This document shows, piece by piece, positions 11,401 through 34,537 of a stretch of 64,000 nucleotides of DNA. The position numbers were made by a program, and so were the translations under genes. The DNA is from the human T2T-CHM13v2.0 reference genome, Homo sapiens. Under the pieces are notes generated by a model. It was given only the letters and a program-made list of their open reading frames with translations, was not told the origin of the DNA and ran no database searches. The stretch is from assembly GCF_009914755.1 (NCBI RefSeq), contig NC_060934.1; one strand, given 5' to 3'. Numbering within the stretch: position 1 is the stretch's first letter; each line of letters opens with the position of its first letter.

Positions 11401-14279
11401 TGAGAGACCTAGACATCCAAATACAAGAACCACAAATAACACCTGGGAAATTCATCACAAAAAGATCTTAGCCTAGGCACATTGTCATTAGGTTATCCAA
11501 AGTTAAGACAAAGGAAAGAATCTTAAGAGCTGTGAGACAGAAGCACTAGGTAACCTATAAAGGAAAACCTGTCAAATTAACAGCAGATTTCACAGCAGGA
11601 ACCTTACAAGCTAGATGGGATTGGGGCCCTTTCTTCAGCCTCCTCAAACAAAACAATTATCAGCCAAGAATTTTGTATCCAGCAAAACTAAACATCATAT
11701 ATGAAGGAAAGATACAGTCATTTTCAGACAAACAAATGCTGACAGAATTTGCCATTACCAAGCCAGGACTCTAAGAACTGCTAAAAGGAGCTCTAAATCA
11801 TGAAACAAATCCTGGAAACACATCAAAACAGAACTTCATTAACGCATAAATCACACAGGACCTATAAAACAAAAATACAAGTTAAAAAACAAAAACAAAG
11901 TACAGAGGCAACAAAGAGCATGATGAAAGCAATGGTACCTCACTTTTTAATACTAATGTTGGTTGTAAATGGCTTAAATGCTCCACTTACAAGATACAGA
12001 ACCACAGAATGGATAACAACTCACCAACTAACTATCTGCTGCCTTCAGGAGACTCACCTAACACATAACGACTTACATAAACTTAAGGAAAGTGGTAGAA
12101 AAAGGCATTTCATGCAAATGGACACCAAAAGCAAGCAGCAGTAACTATTCTCATATGAGACAAAACAAACTTTAAAGCAACAGTAGCTAAAAGAGACAAA
12201 GAGAGACAGTATATCATCTGTCATCTGACAGTCTCATCCAACAGAAAAATATGACAATCCTAAACATATGTGAACCTAACACTGGAGCTCCCAAATTTAT
12301 AAAACAATTACTAGTAGACATAAGAAATAAGATAGACAGCAACACAATAATAGTGGGGGACTTCAATACTCCACTGACAGCACTAGACAGGTCATCAAGA
12401 CAGAAAGTCAACAAAGAAACAATGGATTTAAACTATACTTTGGAACAAATGGACTTAACAGATATATATAGAACATTTCATCCAACAACCACAGAATACA
12501 CATTCTATTCAACAGCACATGGAATTTTCTCCAAGATAGACCATATGATAGGCCATAAAATGAGTCTCAATAAATTTAAGAAAATTGAAATTGTATCACG
12601 CACTCTCTCACATCACAATGGAATAAAACTGAAAATCAACTCCAAAAGGAATCTTCAAAACCATGCAAATACATGGAAATTAAATAACCTGCTCCTGAAT
12701 GAGCATTGGGTGAAAAACGAAATCAAGATGGAAATGTAAAAAATTTCTTCGAACTGGATGACACAACCTATCAAGACCTCTGGGATACAGCAAAGGCAGT
12801 GCTAAGAGGAAAGTTTATAGCACTAAACACCTACGTCGAAAAGTCTGAAAGAGCACAGACAATCTAAGTTCACATCTCAGGGAACTAGAGAAGGAGGAAC
12901 AAGCCAAACCCAATCCCAGCAAACAAAGGAAATAACCAAGATCAGAGCAGAACTAAATGAAATTGACACAACAACAACAACAACAAAAATACAAAACATA
13001 AATAAAACAAAAATTTGGTTATTTGAAAAGATAAAATTGATAAACCATTAGCAAGATTAACCAAGAAAAGAAGAGAGAAAATCCAAATAACCTCACTAAG
13101 AAATGAAACAGGGGATATTACAACTGACACCACTGAAATATTAAAGATTATTCAAGGGTACTATGAACACCTTTTAGCACATAAACTAGAAAACCTAGAA
13201 GAGTTGGATAAATTCCTGGAAAAATTAGATACCCCAAGCAGACCAATAAAGCAAGCAGCAAGATTGATAGGGTAATTTAAAAATTACCAACAAAAAAAGC
13301 CAAGGACCGGACGGATTCACAGCAGAATTCTACCAGACATTCAAAGAATGTCTTCTTTCATTCAAAGAAGAAATGATACCAATCCTTTCACACTATTCCA
13401 CAAGACAGAGAAAGAAGAAACCCTTCCAATTCATTTTATGAAGCCAGCATCAGCCTAATACCAAAACCATGAAAGGACATAACCAGAAAAGAAAACTACA
13501 GACCAATATCCTTAATGAACGCAGATGCCAAAATCCTTAACAAAATACTATCTAACTGAATCCAACAACATATCAAAAAGATAATCCACCAAGATCAAGT
13601 GGGTTTCATACCAGTGATACAGGAATGGTTTAACATATGCAAGTCAATAAATGTGATACACCAAATAGAATTTAAAAAAAACTCACATGATTATATCAAC
13701 AGATGCAGAAAAAGCATTCAACAAAATCTAGCATTGCTTTATGATTAAAGCTCTCAGCAAAATAGGCATACAAGGGACATACCTTAATGTAATAAAAGCC
13801 ATCTATGACAAACCCACAGCCAACATAATACTGAATGGGGAAAAGGTGAAAGCATTCCCTTTGAGAATTGGAACAAGACGAGGAGACTACTCTCACCACT
13901 CCTCTTCAACATAGTACTGGAAGTCCTAGCCAGAGCAATCAGACAAAGGAAGGAAATAGAGGAAATCCAAATCGGTAAAGAGGAAGTCAAATTGTCACTG
14001 CTTGCTGACAATATGATCTTTCACCTTGAAAACCCTACAGACTCCTCTAGAAAGCTCCTAGAACTGATAAAAGAATTCAGCAAAGTTTCCAGATACAAGA
14101 TAAATGTACACAAATCAGTAACTCTTCTATACATCAACAGCTACCAAGCAGAGAATCACATCAAGAACTCAACCCCTTTTACAATAGCTGCAAAAAAAAA
14201 AACAACTTAGGAATATACCTAGCAAAGGAATCAAAAGACCTCTACAATGAAAATTACAAAACACTGCTGAAAGAAATCA

Positions 14280-14546
<267 letters not shown>

Positions 14547-15758
14547 TTACCATTCTGTTAAAGGCAATCTACAAATTCAATGCAATCCCCATCTGAACAC
14601 CACCATCATTCTTCACAGAATTACAAAAACGATTCTAACATTAATATGGAACCAAAAGAGAGCCATGTAGCCAAACCAAGGCTAAGCAAAAAGAACAAAC
14701 CTGGAGGCATCACACTACTTGATTTCAAACTGTACAATAAGGCCATAGTTACCAAAACAGCATGGTACTGGTTTAAAAATAGGCATATACACCAATGGAA
14801 CAGAACAGAGAACCCAGAAATTAACCCAAATACTTACAGCCAACTGATCTTCAACAAAGTAAACAAAAACATAAAGTGGGGAAAGGACACCCTTTTCAAC
14901 ACATGATGTTGGGATAATTGGTGAGCCACATGTAGGGGAATAAAATTGGATTCTCATCTCTCACCTTATATAAAAATCGACTCAAGATGGATTAAGAACT
15001 TAAACCTAATACCTGAGCTATAAAAATTCTAGAAAATAACACTGGATAAACCCTTCTAGACATTGGCATAGGCAAGGATTTCATGACGAAGAACCCAAAT
15101 GCAAATGCAATAAAAACAAAGATAAATAGCTGGGACTTAATTAAACTAAAGAGCTTTTGCATGGCAAAGGGAACAGTCAGCAGAGTAAACAGACAACCCA
15201 CAGAGTGGGAGAAAATCTTCATAATCTATACATCTGACAGAGGACTAATATCCAGAATCCACAACAAACTCGAACAAATCAGTATGAAAGAAAAAAACAA
15301 CCCCATCAAAAAATGGGCTAAGGACATGAATGGACAGTTCTCAAAAGAAGATATGCAAATGGCCAACAAACATAAATAAAAATGCTTAATATCACTAATG
15401 ATCAGGGAAATGCAAATCAAAACCACAATGCAATACCACCTTACCTCCTGCAACCCAAAAATAAAAAAACAGTAGATGTTGCCGTGGATGCAGTAAACAG
15501 GGAACACTTCTACACTGCTGGTGGGAATGTAAACTAGTATGCCACTATCAAAAATAATGTGGAGATTCCTTAAATAACTAAAAGTAGAACCACCATTTGA
15601 TCCAGCAATCCCACTACTAGGTATCTACCCAGAGGAAAATAAATCATTATTCAAAAAAGATACTTGCACACGCAAGTTTATAGCAGTACAATTCACAATT
15701 GCAAAATCGTGTAACCAACCCAAGTGCCCATCAGTCAACAAGTGGATAAAGAAACTGT

Positions 15759-15860
15759 GAGATAGATATATATAGATAGATATATAGATATATATATAGA
15801 TAGATAGATATAGATAAATATATATAGATATCTATAGATATATAGATATAGATATATATA
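15759..15860. repeat. (TA/TAGA)n compound microsatellite inside the L1 3' region
   Basis: GATAGATATATATAGATAGATATATAG... run. Confidence 0.9.
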
Positions 15861-16249
15861 ATGGAATACTATGTAGCCATAGAAAGGAATGAATTAACAG
15901 CATTTCCTGTGACCTGGACGAGATTGGAGACTATTGTTCTAAGTGATGTAACCCAGGAATGGAAAACTCAACATTGTATGTTCTCACTGATATGTAGGAG
16001 CTAAGCTATGAGGACACAAAGGCATAAGAATGATGCAACGGACTTTGGGGACTTGGGAGGAAGAGTGGGAGGGAGGCGAGCAATAAAAGACTACGAATAT
16101 GATGCAGTCTATATGGCTTGGGTAATGGGTGCACCATAATCTCACAAATCACCGCTAAGGAACTTACTCATGTAACCAAATACCATCTGTACCCCGATAA
16201 CTTATGAAAAAATAAAATAAAAATAATAAATGAAAAATAAAGTATAACA

Positions 16250-17350
16250 CACCAAGAAAGTGAAGAGATAACCCACAGAATGGGAAAAAATGATTGCAAA
16301 CTATCCATCTGACAAAGGATTAATAACTGCAATATGTAAGAAGCTCAAACAACTCTACAAGAAAAAATCTAATAACCTGGTCAAAAATGGCCAAAAAGAT
16401 TTGAAGATATATTTCTCAAAAGAAGACATACACATGGCAAACAGGCATATGAAAAGGTGCTCAAAATCATTGATAGAGAAATGCAAATCGAAACTGAAGT
16501 GTGACATCATCTCACTAGAGTTAAAATGGCTTATATGCAAAATACAGGAAATAACAAATGCTAGCGAGAATTTGGAGAAAAGGGAACCCTCGTTTACTGT
16601 TGGTGGGAATGTAAATTAGTACAACCACTATAAACAACAGTTTGGAGGTTCCTCAAGAAACTAAAAATTAAGCTACCACATTATCCAACAATCCTACTGT
16701 TGGGTATATACCCAAAAGAAAGGAAATCAGTATGTTGAGATATCTGTACTCCTGTGTTTGTTGCAGCACTATTTACAATAGCTAAGATTTGGAAGCAACC
16801 TGAGTGTCCATCAAGAATGGATTAAAAAATGTGGTACATACACACCATGGAGTACTATTCAGCCCTAAAAAAGAATGAGAACCAGTCATCTGCAAGGCCA
16901 TGGATGGAACTGGAAATCATTGTGTTAAGCAAAATAGCCAGCCACAGAAAGACAAACATCATATGTTCTCACTTATTTGTGGGATCTCAAAATCAACCCA
17001 CTTGAACTCATGAACATAGAGAGAAGGATGATTACCAAAGGCTGGGAAGGATAGTGGGGAGCTAGGGTGAGGTGGGCATTGCTCATGGGTACAAAAAATA
17101 ATTAGAATGAATGAGAGTCACTATTTGATAGCACAATAGGGTGACAATGGTCAATAATAACATACTTGTACATTTTAAAATAACTTAAAGTGTAATTAGA
17201 TTGTTCACAACTCGAAAAATAAATGCTTGAGAGGATGGATGTCCCATTCTTTGTGATGTGATTATTTAATTTTGTATGTCTGTATCAAAACATCTCATTT
17301 ATGTTATAAATATATACACCTATGTACCCACAAAAATTAAAAATTAAAAA
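16250..17350 (+). mobile_element. L1MA-like 3' fragment
   Basis: ORF2 C-terminal remnant (16290-16619) and L1MA-type 3'UTR (TTTGATAGCACAATAGGGTGAC, GAGAGGATGGATGTCCCATT) ending in an A-rich tail. Confidence 0.8.
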
Positions 17351-17354
17351 ATTA

Positions 17355-17545
17355 TAAGACAGTTGACTCAATTTGAATTTTGGGTAATGTTATTATTTGT
17401 ATAAATATCTTCCAATACTTGCTTAAACACATTACACATAAATATGCAAATATTGCTTAGCTATACTAAAATGTTATTCATTGCTCATCCCAATTTTAAA
17501 CTTTACTGTGTTCCTTATATTTTCTTTCAGTAAATCTGACACATT
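17355..17545. mobile_element. MER53-like palindromic MITE remnant
   Basis: AATTTGAATTT...CAAATATTGC...ATACTAAAATGTTATTCATTG...TAAATCTG resembles the recalled MER53 consensus; diverged. Confidence 0.45.
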
Positions 17546-18600
17546 CATTTTAAAAGTATCATAGGATTTACAATAACATAGTACAGATGTGAGGAAAAAA
17601 GAATAAAATAAAAATCCTTAGATGTCATATGGGTTGGTAAGAGTATAAAAGAAAACTGAGTCCCATATGATACATTAAAAACATAAATCAGGATGTACAT
17701 CTCAGCTCTCACCAGGAGACGTGGCAACCAGAATGTCCTTGGGCTGAGGGTGAAGTCCCTGACCACTCTCAGAGACAGACAATGCAAATCAAGTTCATTC
17801 TCACTGTGCTTGATTAACCTTCAAAATTGTGTAAGTCCCTAAGCATATATATAATCATGAGTAGTTGTGGGGAAAATAACACCATTAAATGTACCAAAAC
17901 AAAAGACCGATCACAAACACTGCCGATGTTTAGATCAGATGTGTGAAGCAAAGAAAGAGAGTATAATAAAAAATAATTTAAAGAAAATAGAGCTTGATAA
18001 ATCTGTTTCTTCATCTTCATAATAATGTCAAATTTGTTGAGATTTTTTTTAAATGGCACGATTTGTCTACAGATCTTTGTACTCTGGCTTAAATTAAATG
18101 TATATACAACTTATATAATAAAATACTGGGCTGTTTTATTATTATATTGACAATTTCTTAGTCACCACTACTTTGATCATATTCTATAAATGGCACTGTG
18201 AGACCTATCACTGGTTATCAACAACATAAAGTGTTTATGACAGTTTCATGTGACAGATGAAGGAAGTTTGGTTAGTGCAGTGGCAATAGTTGGCAACCGA
18301 GAAACTGAGCTCACAATTTTAGAAAAGTATTATTCTTTCTAACTAGATATTTCCATGAAAAGAACCTTGTGAAATGCAGAGATGCCAAAAGAATAATTAT
18401 AAGATAATAACCAAATAACTAAAATACATCTCAATTTCTCTGACAATCTAACTTAATGCAGGGTACAGCCAGAATCATGATGTTTACAAACATAGACATT
18501 TACGATCTCGAGACATTTAATTATTAGCTGGTTGAGGAAAACAGTAGTAGAACTGTTATTGCAGAGATAAAAGACAGAAAACAGTGGAAGGGCTTGATCA

Positions 18601-19162
<562 letters not shown>

Positions 19163-19201
19163 TCATGTCATTTATTTTTTTTAATCTCAACATAATATAA
19201 C

Positions 19202-19495
19202 TTTTTTTTTTTTTTTAAACAGAGTCTCACTCTGTCACCCAGGCTGGAATGCTGTGGCTAGATCTCGGCTCACTGCAACCTCCACCACCCTGGTTCAAGC
19301 GATTCCTCTGCCTCAGCCTCCCAAGTAACGGGGATTACAGGTTCCTGCCACCGTGCCTGGCTAATTTCTGTATTTTTAGTAGAGAGGGGGTTTCACCATC
19401 TTGACTAGGCTGGTCTTAAACTCCTGACCTCGTGATCCACCGGCTCGGCCTCCCAAAGTGCTGGGATTACAGAAGTGAGCCACCGCGCCCAGCCA
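19202..19495 (-). mobile_element. AluS element
   Basis: PolyT followed by a full antisense Alu ending GAGCCACCGCGCCCAGCC. Confidence 0.93.
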
Positions 19496-20420
19496 ACGTT
19501 TCTTTTTTAAAGTGTGCAAGCTCTTTGACCATCATGTCTCTGTGCATCACTGCGATAAGATAACCAGAGCAACTGTTTCCACCGTGGAGTTGGGAGGAGA
19601 TAAAGACACATCCTTTGTGCTTTGGGCGCTCTTATCAGGATCAGGGAGGCCCCTGCCCTCTGATTTTCTCTCTCTTAAATGTACAAAGTACAGAGATTTT
19701 TATCATGAATAATTTTAAGAGAAATTAAAAATTCTATATTGTTCAAGGACATGCAGGTTTTCTATTGATCATGTTTCCTCTTGATATTATTAGGCCCTGG
19801 CCAGCCGCAAATGAATAATCTCTATCATCAACATTGTGTTCCTTTGCGTTTTAACCTTTCCTGATTCCATTCTCTCTACCTTTTATTTTGAAGAAGCATA
19901 GACACCAGAAAACCCTATCCCTACCAAATGCAAAAAAAAAAAAAAAACCCTAAAATTGTAAATATTAACATTTACAAGTCACATTTGTGAATATATAATT
20001 TAATTAGAAAATTACAATTTTAAACTTTCAGAGGAAGTGGTAGTAATATAAAACAGAGGACATTTTTATAATAAGGAACTCTTATATTTTGCAAATTATT
20101 ATTCTCTCATCACCAAATAGTGCTACCTAAAGTAATATACAACCAATTTAATAAGTTTAGTTTTAAAAAACACAAAATTACAAAACAATTAATACAATAT
20201 TTGAAATTATGATGCATATTGCCAGCCTCCCTTCAGGTAAAATTCTATTAACTCTACAAAAATTTTCTAAATGGCAGATGTTACATTTCCAGAAAGCTTT
20301 GTGGTAACCAAAAAAGAATTGATTTATTAGCAATTTTTATATCACACTGAGACAAAATATTATTTGTGATAAATATTGTTATGTATTTAAAACATCTCAT
20401 GTATTAAGAAATCATACTTT

Positions 20421-24925
<4,505 letters not shown>

Positions 24926-26229
24926 ACTTTACATAAATGCATAAAGTCTAGAACAGCTAATATATTATAATGAAATATCTACTATAATCCCAGCTCAAAC
25001 AGAACACCATGAAATTATGAAGGGCTTTCCACAAATCTCTAAATTTATGTCTTCATAAGATTACATTTCTATTTCTTCTTGAATAATTTCCTTATTTGAG
25101 CTATGATTTAGTGATAGTAAGACGGTAATTATGAGGAGAAACTTCTCCCAACACTCCATTGAGAAAATTCTGCCTCATTTCACCACACACCAGAGTCTTA
25201 AGCAGTCACTTCTAATGTAGCTGAACAATAGATCCTCACCCACCTGAGTCTATGAATTGAATCAACATATGTGAGATAAGGCCCCCAAGGAGTGGTAGTA
25301 AGCTGGGAATGCCATCAGCTCATCTTCCTTCAGGCCTATATTTGTCATTGTCACTTGTAGAAGCAGGACAGCCCTGGCGTTGGGGTTGGTAGAAACAGAG
25401 AGTATCAAAGGGAAAACTGAAGTTCCCTAATTTTTGGAAAACAGCAGATTGGAGACAGATGGGCTCCAGCGTTTTCCATGTGTGAGGTCATTATCCCAGG
25501 TAGCCTTGCTCAGGACCTCAGGACCACATTTCTTGTCAGCAAAACAGAAGTCAAATGATATTTCTACCTTCCAAGAGAATAGAACATAATGTCAGATTTT
25601 CTCATGGATTCCCACAAGTTCAAGAAACTTTCATGGCCTTATTTAACTGCTTAAGCATTTCAACTAAAAAATTGTCTTTCAAATACACAGGAATCTATTT
25701 GGAATAATTTTAACCAGAAAAAGTTGGAATTCTAAAGTAAAAAATGCATAAGGCAATCAAAATTTTTTACAGCTTTTAATTTAGATGTCAATGGGGAAAA
25801 AAAACATTCTCTGAAATTTGCTTTTATACCATTAAAGACTTATTTTTTATTACCAGCAATACAGGGCAACTCATTCAGGTTGAATCTTGAAGGTAAACTT
25901 TAACTTAATTTTAAGTTTTGGCTAATTTTTAAGCATTTATCAATCACCTACCATGATTTCATCTCAGAAACCAAAATCTCAATTTCATTTAGGCCTTTGA
26001 AATATTAAAACAGAAGGTTAAATGCTTCAAAAAAATATTCATGTAGAGGCTTATATATGTGGACCAGGAATCTCCATGTATTACAAAGTTTATGAGAACA
26101 TAACAAATGTTGATACACACATTTAATTCTAAAATAAAAACTTACAACAAATAAAACTGTAACAAATCAAGAAAATTTTGTAGGTTTCACATTTTATGTC
26201 TAAAAATATAGGTATAAACACTCAAGGAT

Positions 26230-28443
26230 GGATAAAAGAAATCACAAGAGAAAATAGAAAATATCTAGAGACAAATTAAAAATATGAAATACTGAAAGAG
26301 ATACATCAAAAACAATACCATAAGGGAAAAATTTATAGCTATAAATGATAAAAAATAAGATACCGAATAAACAACTTTACTCCTAAGGAACTAGAAACAG
26401 AGGGAAAAAGAGGGACTACTAAAAGAGGGACAACTAAAAGCTAGCAAAATTTTAAAAATGATAAAGACAGCAGTGGAAATAAGTGAAATAGAGAAGAGAA
26501 AAACAATATGAAAAATCAACAAAACCAAGTTTGTTCTCTGAAAAAGATCAAAACTGACAAAATTTTATCTAGATTGACTAAGGAAAAAAAGGGAATACTC
26601 AAATTACTAAACTCAAAAATAAAATGGGTACATTACTAACAAATTTTTGGAGTAAAAAAAGGATGTATGAGAGTACCATAAGGAACTATACAGTAAAAAA
26701 TTGAATAACCTAAATAAAATGAACAAATTCCTAGAAACAAAAAACCTACTAAGACTGAATCAGAAAAGTTGAATAAACCTATTCAGCAAGGAGATTCACC
26801 AAGAAGATGACATCAGTAATCAAAAACCCAGCAACAAAGAAAAGCCTGGACAAGATGGCTTCACTGTTGAAATCTACCCAACGTTTAAAGCAGAATTAAC
26901 ACCAGTTTTTCTCAAACTTTTTCAAAACGTTGAAGAGGAGGTAACATTTTCTAACATATTCTACGCGGACAGTATTACCCCGACACCAAGTCAGACAAAG
27001 GCACCATAAGAAAACTACAAACAAACATCCCTTACAAATGCTGATGCAAAAATCCTCAACAAAATACCAGCAATTCAAATTTAGCAGTACATTAAAAGGA
27101 TTATACACTATGAATGAGTATAATTGACTCCTGAAATAAAAGTATGTTCCAACAGATGAGAATCAGCATATCACATTAACATAAAGAAGGAAAAAACCCT
27201 CATGTGATCATCTTAATCAAAGAAGAAAAAGAATTTGTCAAAATTTAACCCACATTCATGATAAAATATACTTAATAAGCTATAAAAAGGAATAAAACAC
27301 CTTAACATAAGGTTATATTAAAAAAATACACAGCTAACATTATAATGAAAGACTGAAAGCTTTTACCCTAAGAGCAAAATCAAGGATGCCTGCTTTTACT
27401 ACTTCTATTTAATATAGTACTGAAGGTTCTAGTTAGTTAAAACAATAAGGCAAGTAAAATAATAAAACATATTCCAATTTTTAAAAAAGTAAAATTTTCT
27501 GTTCGCAGATGACATAACCTTGTATATTAAAAATCTTTTAGTTTCTGTGAGATAAACTATCAGATGCAATAAATAACATTCAGCAAAACTGCAGGATACA
27601 AAATCAACACACAAAAATCGGTCGTATTTCTACAATAACAAACCATCTGAAGAAGAAATCAAGACAACAGTATCATTTATGATAGCATCAAAAGAATAAA
27701 ATACTTAGAAACCAATTTAACCAAGGAAATGAGAAACCTGTACAGCAAAAGTATAAACATTGCAGGAAAGTATTAAAGATAACACAAATAAATGAAAAGA
27801 CATCATGTGTTTATGGACTGGAAGACAAAACCTCATCAAGATTCCATTGTTATCAATAGTCATCTACAGATTCAATAAAATCACTATAAAGATTCCAATA
27901 TTTGCAAAAATACAAAAACCTATTCTAAAATTCAGATGAAATCTCAAAAAACCCCAAGTAGCCAAATCAATCTTAAAAACTAACAAAATTAGAGGACTAA
28001 CACCTCCTGGTTTCAAACTTACTGCAATGCTTCAGTACCCAAAACAATGCTGTACCACCATAGAGACAGACATAAAGACCAATGCAATAGAAATAAAGAA
28101 CCAAAAAACACAGTCATGATTTTTAACAAGGGAGTCAAAACTATGGGGAAAGGACAGTATATTTTTAAACGGTGTTAAGAATGAATATTTACATGGAAAA
28201 CAATACAGTTGGAGCCTTATTTTACACCATATAAAAAACTTAATTTAAAATGGACTAAACATCTAATTGTAAGAGCTAAAACTATAAAACCCTTAGAAGA
28301 AACATAGGAAAAATGTTTCATAACATAGAATCTGGCAATAATTTCTTGGATATGACGTGAAAGCACAGACAACAACAACACCAAAAATACATAAAAAGAA
28401 CTTCATCAAAGTGACAAGCTGTTATGTATCTGAAGATACAATC
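26230..28443 (+). mobile_element. Old L1M ORF2 remnant, left part (interrupted by the L1PA insertion)
   Basis: Degenerate ORF2 motifs (GATGCAAAAATCCTCAACAAAATACCAGC, TTCGCAGATGACAT); continues after 34537. Confidence 0.75.
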
Positions 28444-29426
28444 AATAGATTGAAAATGGAATAGGAACAGCTCTGGTCTACAGCTCCCAGCATGAGCGAT
28501 GCAGAAGACGGGTGATTTCTGCTTTTCCATCTGAGGTACTGGGTTCATCTCACTAGGGAGTGCCAGACAGTGGGCGCAGGTCAGTGGGTGCACAAACCGT
28601 GCACAAGCCGAAGCAGGGTGAGGCATTGCCTCACTCGGGAAGCGCAAGGGGTCAGGGAGTTCCCTTTCCTAGTCAAAGAAAGGGGTGACAGACAGCACCT
28701 AGAAAATCGGGTCACTCCCACCCGAATACTGTGCTTTTCTGACGGGCTTAAAAAAACGGCGCACCATGAGATTATATCCCACACCTGGCTGGGAGGGTCG
28801 TACGCCCATGGAGTCTCGCTGATTGCTAGCACAACCGTCTGAGATCAAACTGCAAGGCGGCAGCGAGGCTGGGGGAGGGGTGCCCGCCATTGCCCAGGCT
28901 TGCTTAGGTAAACAAAGCAGCCAGGAAGCTCGAACTGGGTGGAGCCCACCACAGCTCAAGGAGGCCTGCCTGCCTCTGTAGGCTCCACCTCTGGGGGCAG
29001 AGCACAGACAAACAAAAAGCAGTAACCTCTGCAGACTTAAATGTCCCTGTCTGACAGCTTTGAAGAGAGCCGTGGTTCTCCCAGTACACAGCTGGAGATC
29101 TGAGAATGGGCAGACTGCCTCCTCAAGTGGGTCCCTGACCCCTGACCCCCGAGCAGCCTAACTGGGAGGCACCCCCCAGCAGGGCACACTGACACCTCAC
29201 ATGGCAGGGTACTCCAACAGACCTGCAGCTGAGGGTCCTGTCTGTTAGAAGGAAAACTAACAAACAGAAAGGACATCCACACCAAAAACCCATCTGTACA
29301 TCACCGTCATCAAAGACCAAAAGTAGATAAAACCACAAAGACGGGAAAAAACAGAACAGAAAAACTGGAAACTCTAAAAAGCAGAGCGCCTCTCCTCCTC
29401 CAAAGGAATGCAGTTCCTCACCAGCA

Positions 29427-30356
29427 ATGGAACAAAGCTGGATGGAGAACGACTTTGACGAACTGAGAGAAGAAGGCTTCAGACGATCAAATTACTCTGA
29501 GCTACGGGAGGACATTCAAACCAAAGGCAAAGAAGTTGAAAACTTTGAAAAAAATTTAGAAGAATGTATAACTAGAATAACCAATACAGAGAAGTGCTTA
29601 AAGGAGCTGATGGAGCTGAAAACCAAGGCTCGAGAACTACGTGAAGAATGCAGAAGGCTCAGGAGCCGATGCGATCAACTGGAAGAAAGGGTATCAGCGA
29701 TGCAAGATGAAATGAATGAAATGAGGCGAGAAGGGAAGTTTAGAGAAAAAAGAATAAAAAGAAATGAGCAAAGCCTCCAAGAAATATGGGACTATGTGAA
29801 AAGAACAAATCTACGTCTGATTGGTGTACCTGAAAGTGACAGGGAGAATGGAACCAAGTTGGAAAACACTCTGCAGGATATTATCCAGGAGAACGTCCCC
29901 AATCTAGCAAGGCAGGCCAACGTTCAGATTCAGGAAATACAGAGAACACCACAAAGATACTCCTCGAGAAGAGCAACTCCAAGACACATAATTGTCAGAT
30001 TCACCAAAGTTGAAATGAAGGAAAAAATGTTACAGGCAGCCAGAGAGAAAGGTCGGGTTACCCTCAAAGGGGAGCCCATCAGACTAACAGCTGATCTCTC
30101 AACAGAAACCCTACAAGCCAGAAGAGAGTGGGGGCCAACATTCAACATTCTTAAAGAAAAGAATTTTCAACCCAGAATTTCATATCCAGCCAAACTAAGC
30201 TTCATAAGTGAGGGAGAAATAAAATATTTTACAGACAAGCAAATGCTGAGAGATTTTGTCACCACCAGGCCTGCCCTAAAACAGCTCCTGAAGGAAGCAC
30301 TAAACATGGAAAGGAACAACCGGTACCAGCCACTGCAAAATCATGCCAAAATGTAA
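29427..30356 (+). CDS. L1 ORF1p (RNA-binding chaperone), open from residue 30 to the normal stop, 309 aa
   Basis: Translation follows human L1 ORF1p (coiled coil, RRM, CTD, ending QNHAKM). The native start at 29341 is mutated. Expression unknown. Confidence 0.65.
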   Translation: MEQSWMENDFDELREEGFRRSNYSELREDIQTKGKEVENFEKNLEECITRITNTEKCLKELMELKTKARELREECRRLRSRCDQLEERVSAMQDEMNEMRREGKFREKRIKRNEQSLQEIWDYVKRTNLRLIGVPESDRENGTKLENTLQDIIQENVPNLARQANVQIQEIQRTPQRYSSRRATPRHIIVRFTKVEMKEKMLQAAREKGRVTLKGEPIRLTADLSTETLQARREWGPTFNILKEKNFQPRISYPAKLSFISEGEIKYFTDKQMLRDFVTTRPALKQLLKEALNMERNNRYQPLQNHAKM

Positions 30357-30419
30357 AGACCATCGAGACTAGGAAGAAACTGCATCAACTAACGAGCAAA
30401 ATAACCAGCTAACATCATC

Positions 30420-34248
<3,829 letters not shown>

Positions 34249-34537
34249 ACAATGAGATCACATGGACACAGGAAGGGGAACATCACACTCTGGGGACTGT
34301 TGTGGGGTGGGGGGAGGGGGGAGGGATAGCATTGGGAGATATACCTAATGCTAGATGACCAGTTAGTGGGTGCAGTGCACCAGCGTGGCACATGTATACA
34401 TATGTAAATAACCTGCACAATGTGCACATGTACCCTAAAACTTAAAGTATAATAATAAAAGAAAAAATATATATATAACATAAAAAATAATAAATAAATA
34501 AATAAATTTTTAAAAATTAAAAAAATAGATTAAAAAT

